Below, in pieces: positions 6,310 through 12,979 of a stretch of DNA of 13,584 bases (positions within the stretch are counted from its first letter, which is position 1; every line of letters starts with the position of its first letter). The stretch spans positions 1-13,584 of the forward strand of contig JAIPHU010000020.1 of the NCBI GenBank assembly GCA_021735045.1, in the 5' to 3' direction. This DNA is from Candidatus Omnitrophota bacterium (lineage in GTDB: Bacteria; Omnitrophota; Gorgyraeia; Duberdicusellales; 4484-171). Under the pieces are notes generated by a model. It was not told the origin of the DNA. It saw only the letters and a program-made list of their open reading frames with translations, and made no database searches. The position numbers and the translations under genes were made by a program.

Positions 6310-7530
6310 ATGGATAAGACCCGCAAGATTTTGATCATTTCTTCGGATCAAAAATTAAAAGAAGTCCTAAATTTTTGTTTTGATGGTTGGGGCTATGAAG
6401 TATATCTTCAAAAGCCATTAGAAAAAAAGTTAGAACATTATGATTTAGAAAAAATTAAAAGTGTTTCTCCTGATGTGATTGTAGTAGATGTTGAATCTGC
6501 GGGTAGCACACAGCTTGATATCTGTAAGCGTCTTAAAAATGATTTCCTCACAGCATTTGTACCTGTTATAACCCTTATTAATAAACGCCACTTACGTAGT
6601 CAACTTTTAGGTGTAAAGCAGGGGGTTGATGATTATTTAATTAAGCCTCCTGATCCGCTTGATCTTCGTATGCGGATTGAAATAGCTTTGCGCCGAGCCC
6701 GACATAGCATTAATGCTAATACTTTAACCGGCCTTCCCGGAGCAAGAATATTAGAAGATATAGTTAAGGAAAAGTTTCAAAAAAAGAAATATTTTTCTTT
6801 TTGTTATGTAGATATTGATAATTTTAAATCTTTTAATGATCTTTATGGTTATCAGAAAGGTGATAAGGTAATAGTCCAGACTGCTTATATGCTACAGCTT
6901 GCAGTAACTAAAACCGGCCAAACGGATGATTTTGTTTCTCATATTGGTGGTGATGATTTTGCCTTTGTTACGACTTTAGATAGATATGAAAAAATTTGTA
7001 ACTATTTTATCCAACTTTTTGATAATATAATTCCTTTCCATTATGCAAAAGAAGATAGAAAAAATGGTTTTGTAGTGACTCACAACCGTAGTCGTAAGAT
7101 ACAGGAAGTTCCTTTGATGAGTGTATCTTTAGCAGTTGTAAATAAAGGCCTAAATTCAACTGTTGAGAATATGATTCAACTTAATGAAAGAATATCAGAG
7201 GTTAAGAAGTTTTTAAAGAAAAAACCAAAAAGTTGTTATATGGCGGATCGAAGGGACACTAAAATATCTAACAATCAATCAATTCAGATAAATAAAAAAA
7301 GAAACATTGATAGTTACAAACCTTTAGGTCAAATTTTAATTGATAAAAATATAGTTTCCTCTGAGCAGTTAGATGAAGCATTAAATATTCATTGGAGAAA
7401 GGGGGTTTCTAGCGGTAAAGTCTTAAAAGAACTTGGTTTTGTTACCGAGGCCGAGTTAAAAGAGGCTTTGGATGAGCAAAAGATAAACTTTATTAATTTT
7501 ATTGAAAAAGATATGCAAAGAATGGGGTAG
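6310..7530 (+). CDS. Three-domain signalling protein: atypical receiver (REC), a divergent GGDEF-type cyclase domain with a GGDDF signature, and a C-terminal T2SSE_N/MshEN-like domain.
   Basis: REC: PDVIVVD(60)V, PVITL and DDYLIKP are present, but the N-terminal acidic pair is SS (ILIISSDQ). Cyclase: LTGLPG, YVDIDNFKSFNDLYGYQKGD, and HIGGDDFAFV at nt 6946-6960. C-terminus: PLGQILIDKNIVSSEQLDEALNIH, then WRKGV, then SSGKVLKELGFVTEAELKEALDEQ. Confidence 0.8.
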   Translation: MDKTRKILIISSDQKLKEVLNFCFDGWGYEVYLQKPLEKKLEHYDLEKIKSVSPDVIVVDVESAGSTQLDICKRLKNDFLTAFVPVITLINKRHLRSQLLGVKQGVDDYLIKPPDPLDLRMRIEIALRRARHSINANTLTGLPGARILEDIVKEKFQKKKYFSFCYVDIDNFKSFNDLYGYQKGDKVIVQTAYMLQLAVTKTGQTDDFVSHIGGDDFAFVTTLDRYEKICNYFIQLFDNIIPFHYAKEDRKNGFVVTHNRSRKIQEVPLMSVSLAVVNKGLNSTVENMIQLNERISEVKKFLKKKPKSCYMADRRDTKISNNQSIQINKKRNIDSYKPLGQILIDKNIVSSEQLDEALNIHWRKGVSSGKVLKELGFVTEAELKEALDEQKINFINFIEKDMQRMG

Positions 7531-7537
7531 ATTAACT

Positions 7538-8602
7538 ATGGATATAATTAATGGATTTTTAAATAAAGTTTTTTTTCAAAACACAATTTTAGAATACCTT
7601 GTTTCCCTAGGTCTATTTATTGGTTTTTTTATACTGATAAAAGTTGTGGGGTTAATTGTTGTAAAGAAGATAAAAGGTTGGGCTAAAGGGACGGCAACCT
7701 TGATCGACGATCTTTTAGTTAGTATTTTAGAAAAAAGAATAGTTCCTTTTCTTTATCTTGTTTCGTTATATGTGGCTATCCAATATTTAAAGCTACCAAA
7801 AACACTAGATAAAGCATTAGAGCTAGTGGTTATCTTTGTGCTTACTGTTTTTACTATCTTAATCAGTATTCGCTTTGTTGAGTTTGGTTTTGATTCTTAT
7901 GCTCAAAAAACTGGCCGTAGTGAAACTTTTCGTCATAGTTTAATGGGCATCTTGAAAGTTATTAAGTTTATACTTTGGGGCTTAGGGTTAGTATTCTTTC
8001 TTGATAATTTAGGTTTTGATATCGCTGCAGTTATTGCTGGATTAGGGGTTGGAGGTGTAGCTGTAGCTTTAGCTGCTCAAGCTGTATTAGGGGATTTATT
8101 TAGTTATTTTTCGATAATTTTTGATCGCCCCTTTGAAGTAGGAGATTTTATTATTGTTGGAGATCTTCTAGGTACGATAGAGCATGTAGGGATAAAAACT
8201 ACCAGGATAAGAAGTTTAGGTGGAGAACAATTAATTTTTTCTAACTCTGATCTCACCAACTCTCGAGTCAAAAACTATAAACGAATGGAAAGAAGAAGAG
8301 TAGTTTTTAAGTTGGGAGTTACCTATGATACTCCATTGGCAAAATTGAGAGAAATTCCTAAAGTTATAGAAAATGTTATTAAAAATACAGAAGATACTAT
8401 CTTTGATCGAGCTCATTTCTTCTCATATGCTGATTTTAGTCTTGTTTTTGAGATTGTTTATTATGTAATTGGCCCAGATTACAATAAATATATGGATATC
8501 CAACAAAAGATTAATTTTGCGATAAAAGAAGAATTTGAAAAAAGAAGCATAGAGTTTGCCTTTCCCACCCAAACTTTGCACTTGAAGAAAGAAGGGGAGT
8601 AA
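7538..8602 (+). CDS. Mechanosensitive ion channel, MscS family. I prefer the ATG at 7538 over the TTG at 7502.
   Basis: Pore helix and beta domain: GVGGVAVALAAQAVLGDLFSYFSIIFDRPFEVGDFIIVGDLLGTIEHVGIKTTRIRSLGGEQLIFSNSDL. There are N-terminal TM helices. The 7502 start would overlap the upstream gene by 29 nt. Confidence 0.88.
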   Translation: MDIINGFLNKVFFQNTILEYLVSLGLFIGFFILIKVVGLIVVKKIKGWAKGTATLIDDLLVSILEKRIVPFLYLVSLYVAIQYLKLPKTLDKALELVVIFVLTVFTILISIRFVEFGFDSYAQKTGRSETFRHSLMGILKVIKFILWGLGLVFFLDNLGFDIAAVIAGLGVGGVAVALAAQAVLGDLFSYFSIIFDRPFEVGDFIIVGDLLGTIEHVGIKTTRIRSLGGEQLIFSNSDLTNSRVKNYKRMERRRVVFKLGVTYDTPLAKLREIPKVIENVIKNTEDTIFDRAHFFSYADFSLVFEIVYYVIGPDYNKYMDIQQKINFAIKEEFEKRSIEFAFPTQTLHLKKEGE

Positions 8603-8635
8603 GTCCTAAGTTCAATGTCTAAAGTCCTAAATCTA
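8601..8635. repeat. Five tandem heptads AAGTCCT AAGTTCA ATGTCTA AAGTCCT AAATCTA fill the whole MscS/M48 intergenic spacer. They belong to the same heptad family as window positions 1-12.
   Basis: Read directly. GTCTAAAGTCCTAA (8617-8630) matches TTCTAAAGTCCTAA (1-14) at 13 of 14 positions. Confidence 0.7.
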
Positions 8636-9882
8636 TGAATTTTTATTTAGCTATTATTTTAATTATACTTATTGGGGGTTATCTGCTAAATTTGTTAGTG
8701 GAGCTCCTAAACATTAAAGCCGCTAATCCTAAACTGCCTAATGAATTTATTGGTTATTATGATCAGGAAAAATACAAAGAGTCGCAAAAATACCTTTGTG
8801 AGAATAGTTGTTTTAATCTGATTCATTCCGGCTTGCTTACCGGTTTATTTGTTACTTTAATTTTAGCTGGTTTATTTAATTGGGTGGATCAGCTTGTAAG
8901 GAGTTTTGGGTTTTCTTCAATCCTTACAGGACTTTTATTTGTGTTCTTTATTTTTTTAGGCTTAGAGTTAATAAATTTGCCTTTTTCTATTTATCATATT
9001 TTTGTTTTAGAGCAAAAGTATGGATTTAATCGTACGTCTGTAAAAACTTTTATTTTAGATAAGATAAAAGGTTTAATGATTACAATTATTCTGGGAGCTT
9101 TAATCTTATCTTTTGTGTTTTGGTTTTTTGGTCAATTTCGAAGTTGGGGTTGGCTATTTTGCTGGATCGGATTAACTTTATTTGAGTTGTTTTTATTATT
9201 TATCTGGCCAAGATTTATTATGCCTTTATTTAATAAGTTCGAACCAATTAAAAAAGGTCAGCTGTGTGAAAAAATTCAAAGTTATGCTGATTCGCAAAAC
9301 TTTAAAATTCAAGGCATTTATAAGATGGATGCATCGAGGCGTTCAACAAAGTCAAATGCTTTTTTTGCTGGTTTTGGTAAGTTTAAAAGAATTGTTTTGT
9401 TTGATACTCTAATTGAAAATCATAGTTTAGATGAAATAGTGGCAATTTTAGCTCATGAGGTTGGACATTATAAGAAAAAACATGTTTTTCAGATAATTTT
9501 AATTTCTTTTATAACAAATGGATTTATGTTTTATATTCTTTCGTTGTTTATTACAGATCCGAATTTATTTAAAGCATTTAAAATGGAAAATATTTCAGTT
9601 TATGCCGGGTTATTTTTCTTTGGATTTTTATATGCTCCGATTAATTCTTTATTTTCAGTATTGGTTAATAAAATCTCACGTAAAAACGAAAAAGAAGCTG
9701 ATTATTTTGCAGTTAAGAGTTCTGGTTTAGGTAACCAGTTTATTAAGGCTCTAAAAAAGTTAGTTGTGAAAAATTTATCGAATCTTACTCCGCATCCAAT
9801 TAAGGTTTTACTTTTTTATAGCCATCCACCTATATTAGAAAGGATACGGTATATCCGTAAAGCTATAGATAATGGCAAATGA
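8635..9882 (+). CDS. M48-family zinc metalloprotease, Ste24/CAAX-prenyl-protease-like, polytopic membrane protein.
   Basis: HExxH motif as LAHEVGHYKKKH. It has multiple N-terminal TM helices, and its length (415 aa) and layout are typical of Ste24-like M48 enzymes with the M48 N-terminal domain. Confidence 0.85.
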   Translation: MNFYLAIILIILIGGYLLNLLVELLNIKAANPKLPNEFIGYYDQEKYKESQKYLCENSCFNLIHSGLLTGLFVTLILAGLFNWVDQLVRSFGFSSILTGLLFVFFIFLGLELINLPFSIYHIFVLEQKYGFNRTSVKTFILDKIKGLMITIILGALILSFVFWFFGQFRSWGWLFCWIGLTLFELFLLFIWPRFIMPLFNKFEPIKKGQLCEKIQSYADSQNFKIQGIYKMDASRRSTKSNAFFAGFGKFKRIVLFDTLIENHSLDEIVAILAHEVGHYKKKHVFQIILISFITNGFMFYILSLFITDPNLFKAFKMENISVYAGLFFFGFLYAPINSLFSVLVNKISRKNEKEADYFAVKSSGLGNQFIKALKKLVVKNLSNLTPHPIKVLLFYSHPPILERIRYIRKAIDNGK

Positions 9883-9991
9883 CAAAATCCAAATACCAAA
9901 TGAATGACAAAATCCAAATATTACAAATAATATTAATTTGACATTTAACATTTGGGATTAATTTGTCATTTGGTATTTGTAATTTGAATTT
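9877..9991. repeat. 115-nt AT-rich quasi-palindrome built from heptads. Left arm: ATGACAA AATCCAA ATACCAA / ATGA / ATGACAA AATCCAA. Right arm: TTGACAT TTAACAT TTGGGAT / TAAT / TTGTCAT TTGGTAT TTGTAAT TTGAATT. It spans the M48 stop to the dinB ATG.
   Basis: A perfect 18-nt direct repeat AATGACAAAATCCAAATA occurs at 9878-9895 and 9903-9920. Positions 9962-9979 are complementary to 9890-9911 apart from a 4-nt bulge. A consensus TTGACA lies at 9938-9943. Confidence 0.75.
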
Positions 9992-11161
9992 ATGAAAAGA
10001 TACATTGTACATGTAGATATGGATGCTTTTTTTGCTGCTGTAGAGCAGAGAGATAATCCTAGCTTGGTTAATAAACCAGTGATAATCGGAGCTGACCCTA
10101 AAGGCGGGAAGGGGAGGGGAGTAGTATCAACTGCTTCATACCAGGCCCGAAAATTTGGTATAGGATCAGCTATGCCAATATCAGAAGCCTACAAAAGATG
10201 CCCGCAGGGTGTTTATCTTAGACCCAATATGGATAAATACGGTGAGGCGTCAAAAAAAGTTTATGATCTTTTATATCAGTTTAGTCCTTTTATTGAACCT
10301 ATAGGTATTGATGAAGCTTTTCTAGATATAACTGGTAGTTTTCATATTTTTGGTGATCCGGTTCAAACTTGTCTTTTGTTGAAAGAGAAAGTAAAAGAGG
10401 AGATTGGTTTAACTGCTTCAGTTGGCCTTGCTCCGATTAAAATGGCTGCAAAGATTGCTTCTGATTTAAATAAACCAGATGGTTTTTGCCAAGTAGCACA
10501 AGATAAAATTTTAGATTTTCTTTGGCCTTTAAGTGTTAGCAAATTGTGGGGGGTAGGTAAAAAGACAAAAAGGGTTTTAGGCAGTATGGGAATTAGTAAG
10601 ATTGGCCAACTAGCTAATTTTGATCAAGGTATTTTAAGAGAATATTTCGGGAAAAACGGCCGGCATCTTTGGCAGCTTGCTAATGGTATTGACCGGCGTA
10701 AAGTTGTGCAGCCAGAACCGACAAAATCTATTGGAAGTGAATTTACTTTTCCAAAAGATACCTCTAGCTCTGATCAAATCGAAGTTATTTTGAGTAAATT
10801 GTCTGAAGAAGTGTCAAGCCGGCTTAAAAAAAATGGGCTTCGAGCCAAAATTATTTGTATAAAGATTAGATTGGAAAATTTTTCAACTCATAATAGGTCA
10901 ATGCGTTTAATTAAAGCAACTAATTTTTACGGCACAATTTTTACAGCTGTTAAGAAACTTTATTATGATTCAGAATTTTTAGGTGAAAATATAAGATTGA
11001 TTGGGATAAAATCAGAAAAATTTATTGATTCTTATATACAGGATACAATTTTTGACGAATCTTGCCAGGAAAAAAAAGAAAAGACAGATTCAGCGGTTGA
11101 GAAAATTCGAAAAAGGTTTGGCCAGGAAACTATTTGGAGAGGGGGGAGCTTACAGTTGTAG
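9992..11161 (+). CDS. dinB: DNA polymerase IV (Y-family translesion polymerase).
   Basis: The N-terminus IVHVDMDAFFAAVEQRDNPSLVNKPVIIG, then VVSTASYQARKFGI, IDEAFLDITG and LAPIKMAAKIASDLNKPDG are canonical DinB motifs. Confidence 0.92.
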   Translation: MKRYIVHVDMDAFFAAVEQRDNPSLVNKPVIIGADPKGGKGRGVVSTASYQARKFGIGSAMPISEAYKRCPQGVYLRPNMDKYGEASKKVYDLLYQFSPFIEPIGIDEAFLDITGSFHIFGDPVQTCLLLKEKVKEEIGLTASVGLAPIKMAAKIASDLNKPDGFCQVAQDKILDFLWPLSVSKLWGVGKKTKRVLGSMGISKIGQLANFDQGILREYFGKNGRHLWQLANGIDRRKVVQPEPTKSIGSEFTFPKDTSSSDQIEVILSKLSEEVSSRLKKNGLRAKIICIKIRLENFSTHNRSMRLIKATNFYGTIFTAVKKLYYDSEFLGENIRLIGIKSEKFIDSYIQDTIFDESCQEKKEKTDSAVEKIRKRFGQETIWRGGSLQL

Positions 11162-11199
11162 ATAGTGGGGTTTAGTTAATCTAAAAAAGGGGGATCAGC

Positions 11200-11703
11200 A
11201 TGAATAATATTTTAAGAATTGTATTTTCTTTTGCGCTTTTTTTTCTATTTAGCAATGTTTCTTATTCGCAGGATTATAATAATCAACAACCAGTATTTCC
11301 TCAATTTCCGACTGGAGGGTTTGGCCAAAAACAAGGCTCTGGTTCTTCAACCAATAATCTTTTAGACAATTTACCGGTACCTTATGAAACCAAGAAAGTT
11401 CAAAGTGGCCTAGGACAAGCATACGGTTTAAACATGGATATGTTTTCTTCCCGTCTATCTATTCCAGAAGTAAAAAAGTTTTATCAAAATAAACTTCCTG
11501 GCTTAGGTTGGCAACTTATGGATACTTCAGGAATGTTTTCGTCTTCAAATTTAAATCAAATGAATGTACCGGCTCAAACTGGAGAGGTTGCTAGGAATAG
11601 CCTGATCTATAAAAAAGGAAAAAGTATATTGGTGGTAGCTTTTTATCCTTCCCAGGGTGAGAGTGGCGTCATATATAGTCTTACTGTAAAACAGGTACAG
11701 TAA
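11200..11703 (+). CDS. Hypothetical secreted protein (167 aa) with an N-terminal signal peptide.
   Basis: The hydrophobic N-terminus ILRIVFSFALFFLFSNVSYS is followed by a Q/N/G/S-rich region. The RBS AAGGGGG lies upstream. I recognise no family. Confidence 0.6.
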   Translation: MNNILRIVFSFALFFLFSNVSYSQDYNNQQPVFPQFPTGGFGQKQGSGSSTNNLLDNLPVPYETKKVQSGLGQAYGLNMDMFSSRLSIPEVKKFYQNKLPGLGWQLMDTSGMFSSSNLNQMNVPAQTGEVARNSLIYKKGKSILVVAFYPSQGESGVIYSLTVKQVQ

Positions 11704-11758
11704 CCTTTTTCTTGCTTAATTATTTAGGAGGATTAAAATAATTGTAGGAGGTGGTTTT

Positions 11759-12247
11759 ATGTTTTACCGGTTTATTTTGGCGGCTTTTTTTCTTTTATTT
11801 TTTGGAGTTTCTTTTTTTCCGGCATTAGCTCGTCCTTCGCGCAGGGTGAAATTTAAACATGCCGATAAGAATAAGGATGGCGTTATTGATAAAAAAGAAA
11901 TTCATATGGAGAAAAAATGGGAAAATAAACAAAGGATTAAGCACAAGAAAAAATGGAAAGCAAAAGCTGATAAGAATAAGGATGGTGTTGTTGATAAAAA
12001 GGAACGAGTAATTATTTGGAAACAGAGACATTTTAAAGTGAATAATCCTTTAGAAAAAAAATATGATTTAAATTCTGACGGATGGTTAAGCTCTAGTGAA
12101 ACAAAAGAGTTGAAAGATAAAAGGGCTATTATTAAAACTAATGGTAAGGCAAAAGTAGATACAAATATTGAAGAATATTATGATTCTGATGGTGATGGTG
12201 TAATTAGCGCAAAAGAAGCAAAACAGTTAAACCAAGATCTAAATTAA
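11759..12247 (+). CDS. Secreted EF-hand-type calcium-binding protein with four DxDxDG-like loops.
   Basis: Signal-peptide-like N-terminus ending in ALA. The loops are DKNKDGVIDKKE, DKNKDGVVDKKE, DLNSDGWLSSSE and DSDGDGVISAKE. A strong RBS, TAGGAGGTGG, lies upstream. Confidence 0.75.
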   Translation: MFYRFILAAFFLLFFGVSFFPALARPSRRVKFKHADKNKDGVIDKKEIHMEKKWENKQRIKHKKKWKAKADKNKDGVVDKKERVIIWKQRHFKVNNPLEKKYDLNSDGWLSSSETKELKDKRAIIKTNGKAKVDTNIEEYYDSDGDGVISAKEAKQLNQDLN

Positions 12248-12269
12248 AAAAAATAAAATAAGAGGTAAA

Positions 12270-12470
12270 ATGGAAATAACTGCAAAAAAAATTAAGATTT
12301 TTAAGATTGCTAATCGCAAGGGGTATGCAGCAATTTGTAAAAACTATCTTACCGAAGGCAAACTTATATCAGAGAGCTATCAGAGGATGGTTAAGGCTTT
12401 AAAAAGAAACCAAGTAAGAGTAAAGAATCAACCGAAAGATATTAAAGAATTACTGGTATCTTTTAAATAG
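12270..12470 (+). CDS. Hypothetical small basic protein (66 aa).
   Basis: ORF with the RBS AAGAGG upstream, tightly packed between the neighbouring genes. I recognise no family. Confidence 0.45.
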   Translation: MEITAKKIKIFKIANRKGYAAICKNYLTEGKLISESYQRMVKALKRNQVRVKNQPKDIKELLVSFK

Positions 12471-12483
12471 AGGAGGTGGTGGT

Positions 12484-12729
12484 ATGAAACTTAAAATTTT
12501 AGCATTTGGATTAGCCCTAGGTATACTTTGGGGCTTAGGGGCTTTGGTTTTAGGTATTTTAGCTATTTTTGGCTATGGGTTAACTTGGGTTGCTGTATTA
12601 TCATCTGTTTATATTGGCTATGGAGCAACCATTTTAGGCAGCTTGGTAGGTGCCTTATGGGCCTTTGTTGATGCATTTGTGGGAGGGGTATTATTTGCCT
12701 GGTTGTATAATAAACTATCTAGAAGTTAA
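12484..12729 (+). CDS. Small glycine-rich membrane protein (81 aa, 2-3 TM segments). It resembles short proteins sometimes annotated as holin-like, but I cannot verify that.
   Basis: Strong RBS GAGGAGGTGGTGG. Hydrophobic and glycine-zipper sequence ...GSLVGALWAFVDAFVGGVLFAWLYNKL. Confidence 0.6.
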   Translation: MKLKILAFGLALGILWGLGALVLGILAIFGYGLTWVAVLSSVYIGYGATILGSLVGALWAFVDAFVGGVLFAWLYNKLSRS

Positions 12730-12751
12730 AAAAATAAGTTAAGAGAAAAAG

Positions 12752-12786
12752 GGGCTGATGTAAAATATCAGCCCTTATTTTTTGTG
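12752..12786 (+). terminator. Rho-independent terminator closing the 11200-12729 gene cluster.
   Basis: Stem GGGCTGAT (12752-12759) pairs with ATCAGCCC (12767-12774) around a 7-nt loop, followed by TTATTTTTTGTG. Confidence 0.85.
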
Positions 12787-12830
12787 TTAAGATCTATATT
12801 TTTTGTGTTTTTTTGTGTTTTTTTGTATGC
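12778..12830. repeat. Helically phased T-tracts, each followed by GTG or GTA (T-runs start at 12778, 12799, 12808 and 12818), immediately upstream of a -35 box. This looks like curved DNA or an UP-like element.
   Basis: Three consecutive 10-mers read TTTTGTGTTT TTTTGTGTTT TTTTGTATGC (12801-12830), plus an earlier TTTTTTGTG at 12778-12786. Confidence 0.5.
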
Positions 12831-12858
12831 TTGAAAATAGTATAATATGTGGTATAAT
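12831..12858 (+). promoter_or_regulatory. Sigma-70-like promoter: -35 TTGAAA (12831-12836), 16-nt spacer, extended -10 TGgTATAAT (12850-12858).
   Basis: Hexamers and spacing read from the sequence. It would drive a leader of about 115 nt plus the RHH gene. Confidence 0.55.
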
Positions 12859-12880
12859 AGTTCTTACAGTTGGAAGTTGT

Positions 12881-12975
12881 GATATTTGCTAAATAATTGC
12901 ATTAGGTATAAAGGCACTGCGCCGAGTAATTCGGCTTAGTGCCATAAATAAAGATATTCGCTAAATAATTGCATT
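12881..12975 (+). promoter_or_regulatory. Two 23-nt direct repeats GATATT(T/C)GCTAAATAATTGCATT (12881-12903 and 12953-12975) flank a GC-rich two-tier hairpin (12913-12943). This is a candidate operator or leader structure for the RHH gene.
   Basis: The repeats match at 22 of 23 positions and are 72 nt apart. In the hairpin, GGCACT pairs with AGTGCC (outer stem) and GCCGA with TCGGC (inner stem), with loop GTAAT. Confidence 0.6.
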
Positions 12976-12979
12976 TTTA

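Noticed and set aside
7502-7537. The TTG start at 7502 for the MscS gene.
   Set aside because: It would overlap the upstream gene by 29 nt and add 12 non-hydrophobic residues. The ATG at 7538 follows the upstream stop and begins the typical N-terminus. Neither start can be proven from sequence alone.
8231-8416. A 61-aa minus-strand ORF inside the MscS gene.
   Set aside because: It is antisense to the conserved MscS beta-domain coding sequence and is likely spurious.
9182-9730. Two plus-strand out-of-frame ORFs (9182-9412 and 9518-9730) inside the M48 protease gene.
   Set aside because: They overlap, in a different frame, a gene whose frame carries the HExxH motif and a coherent TM topology. 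AT-rich sequence with few stops explains them.
11724-11758. A duplicated SD (TAGGAGGA, then TAGGAGGTGG) with a TTG-TAG start-stop mini-ORF between them, upstream of the EF-hand gene.
   Set aside because: The spacing from the first SD to the TTG is long (about 10 nt), and a start-stop pair at this length arises easily by chance. It cannot be supported without ribosome profiling.
11825-12031. A 68-aa minus-strand ORF inside the EF-hand gene.
   Set aside because: It is antisense to a frame containing four EF-hand loops and a signal peptide. Its product is low complexity.
12881-12975. The two 23-nt direct repeats with a 49-nt intervening sequence as a mini CRISPR array.
   Set aside because: There are only two copies. 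The intervening sequence is itself a stable hairpin, the repeats are AT-rich and non-palindromic, no cas genes are nearby, and the unit sits in a promoter-to-gene leader. An operator or leader structure fits better.
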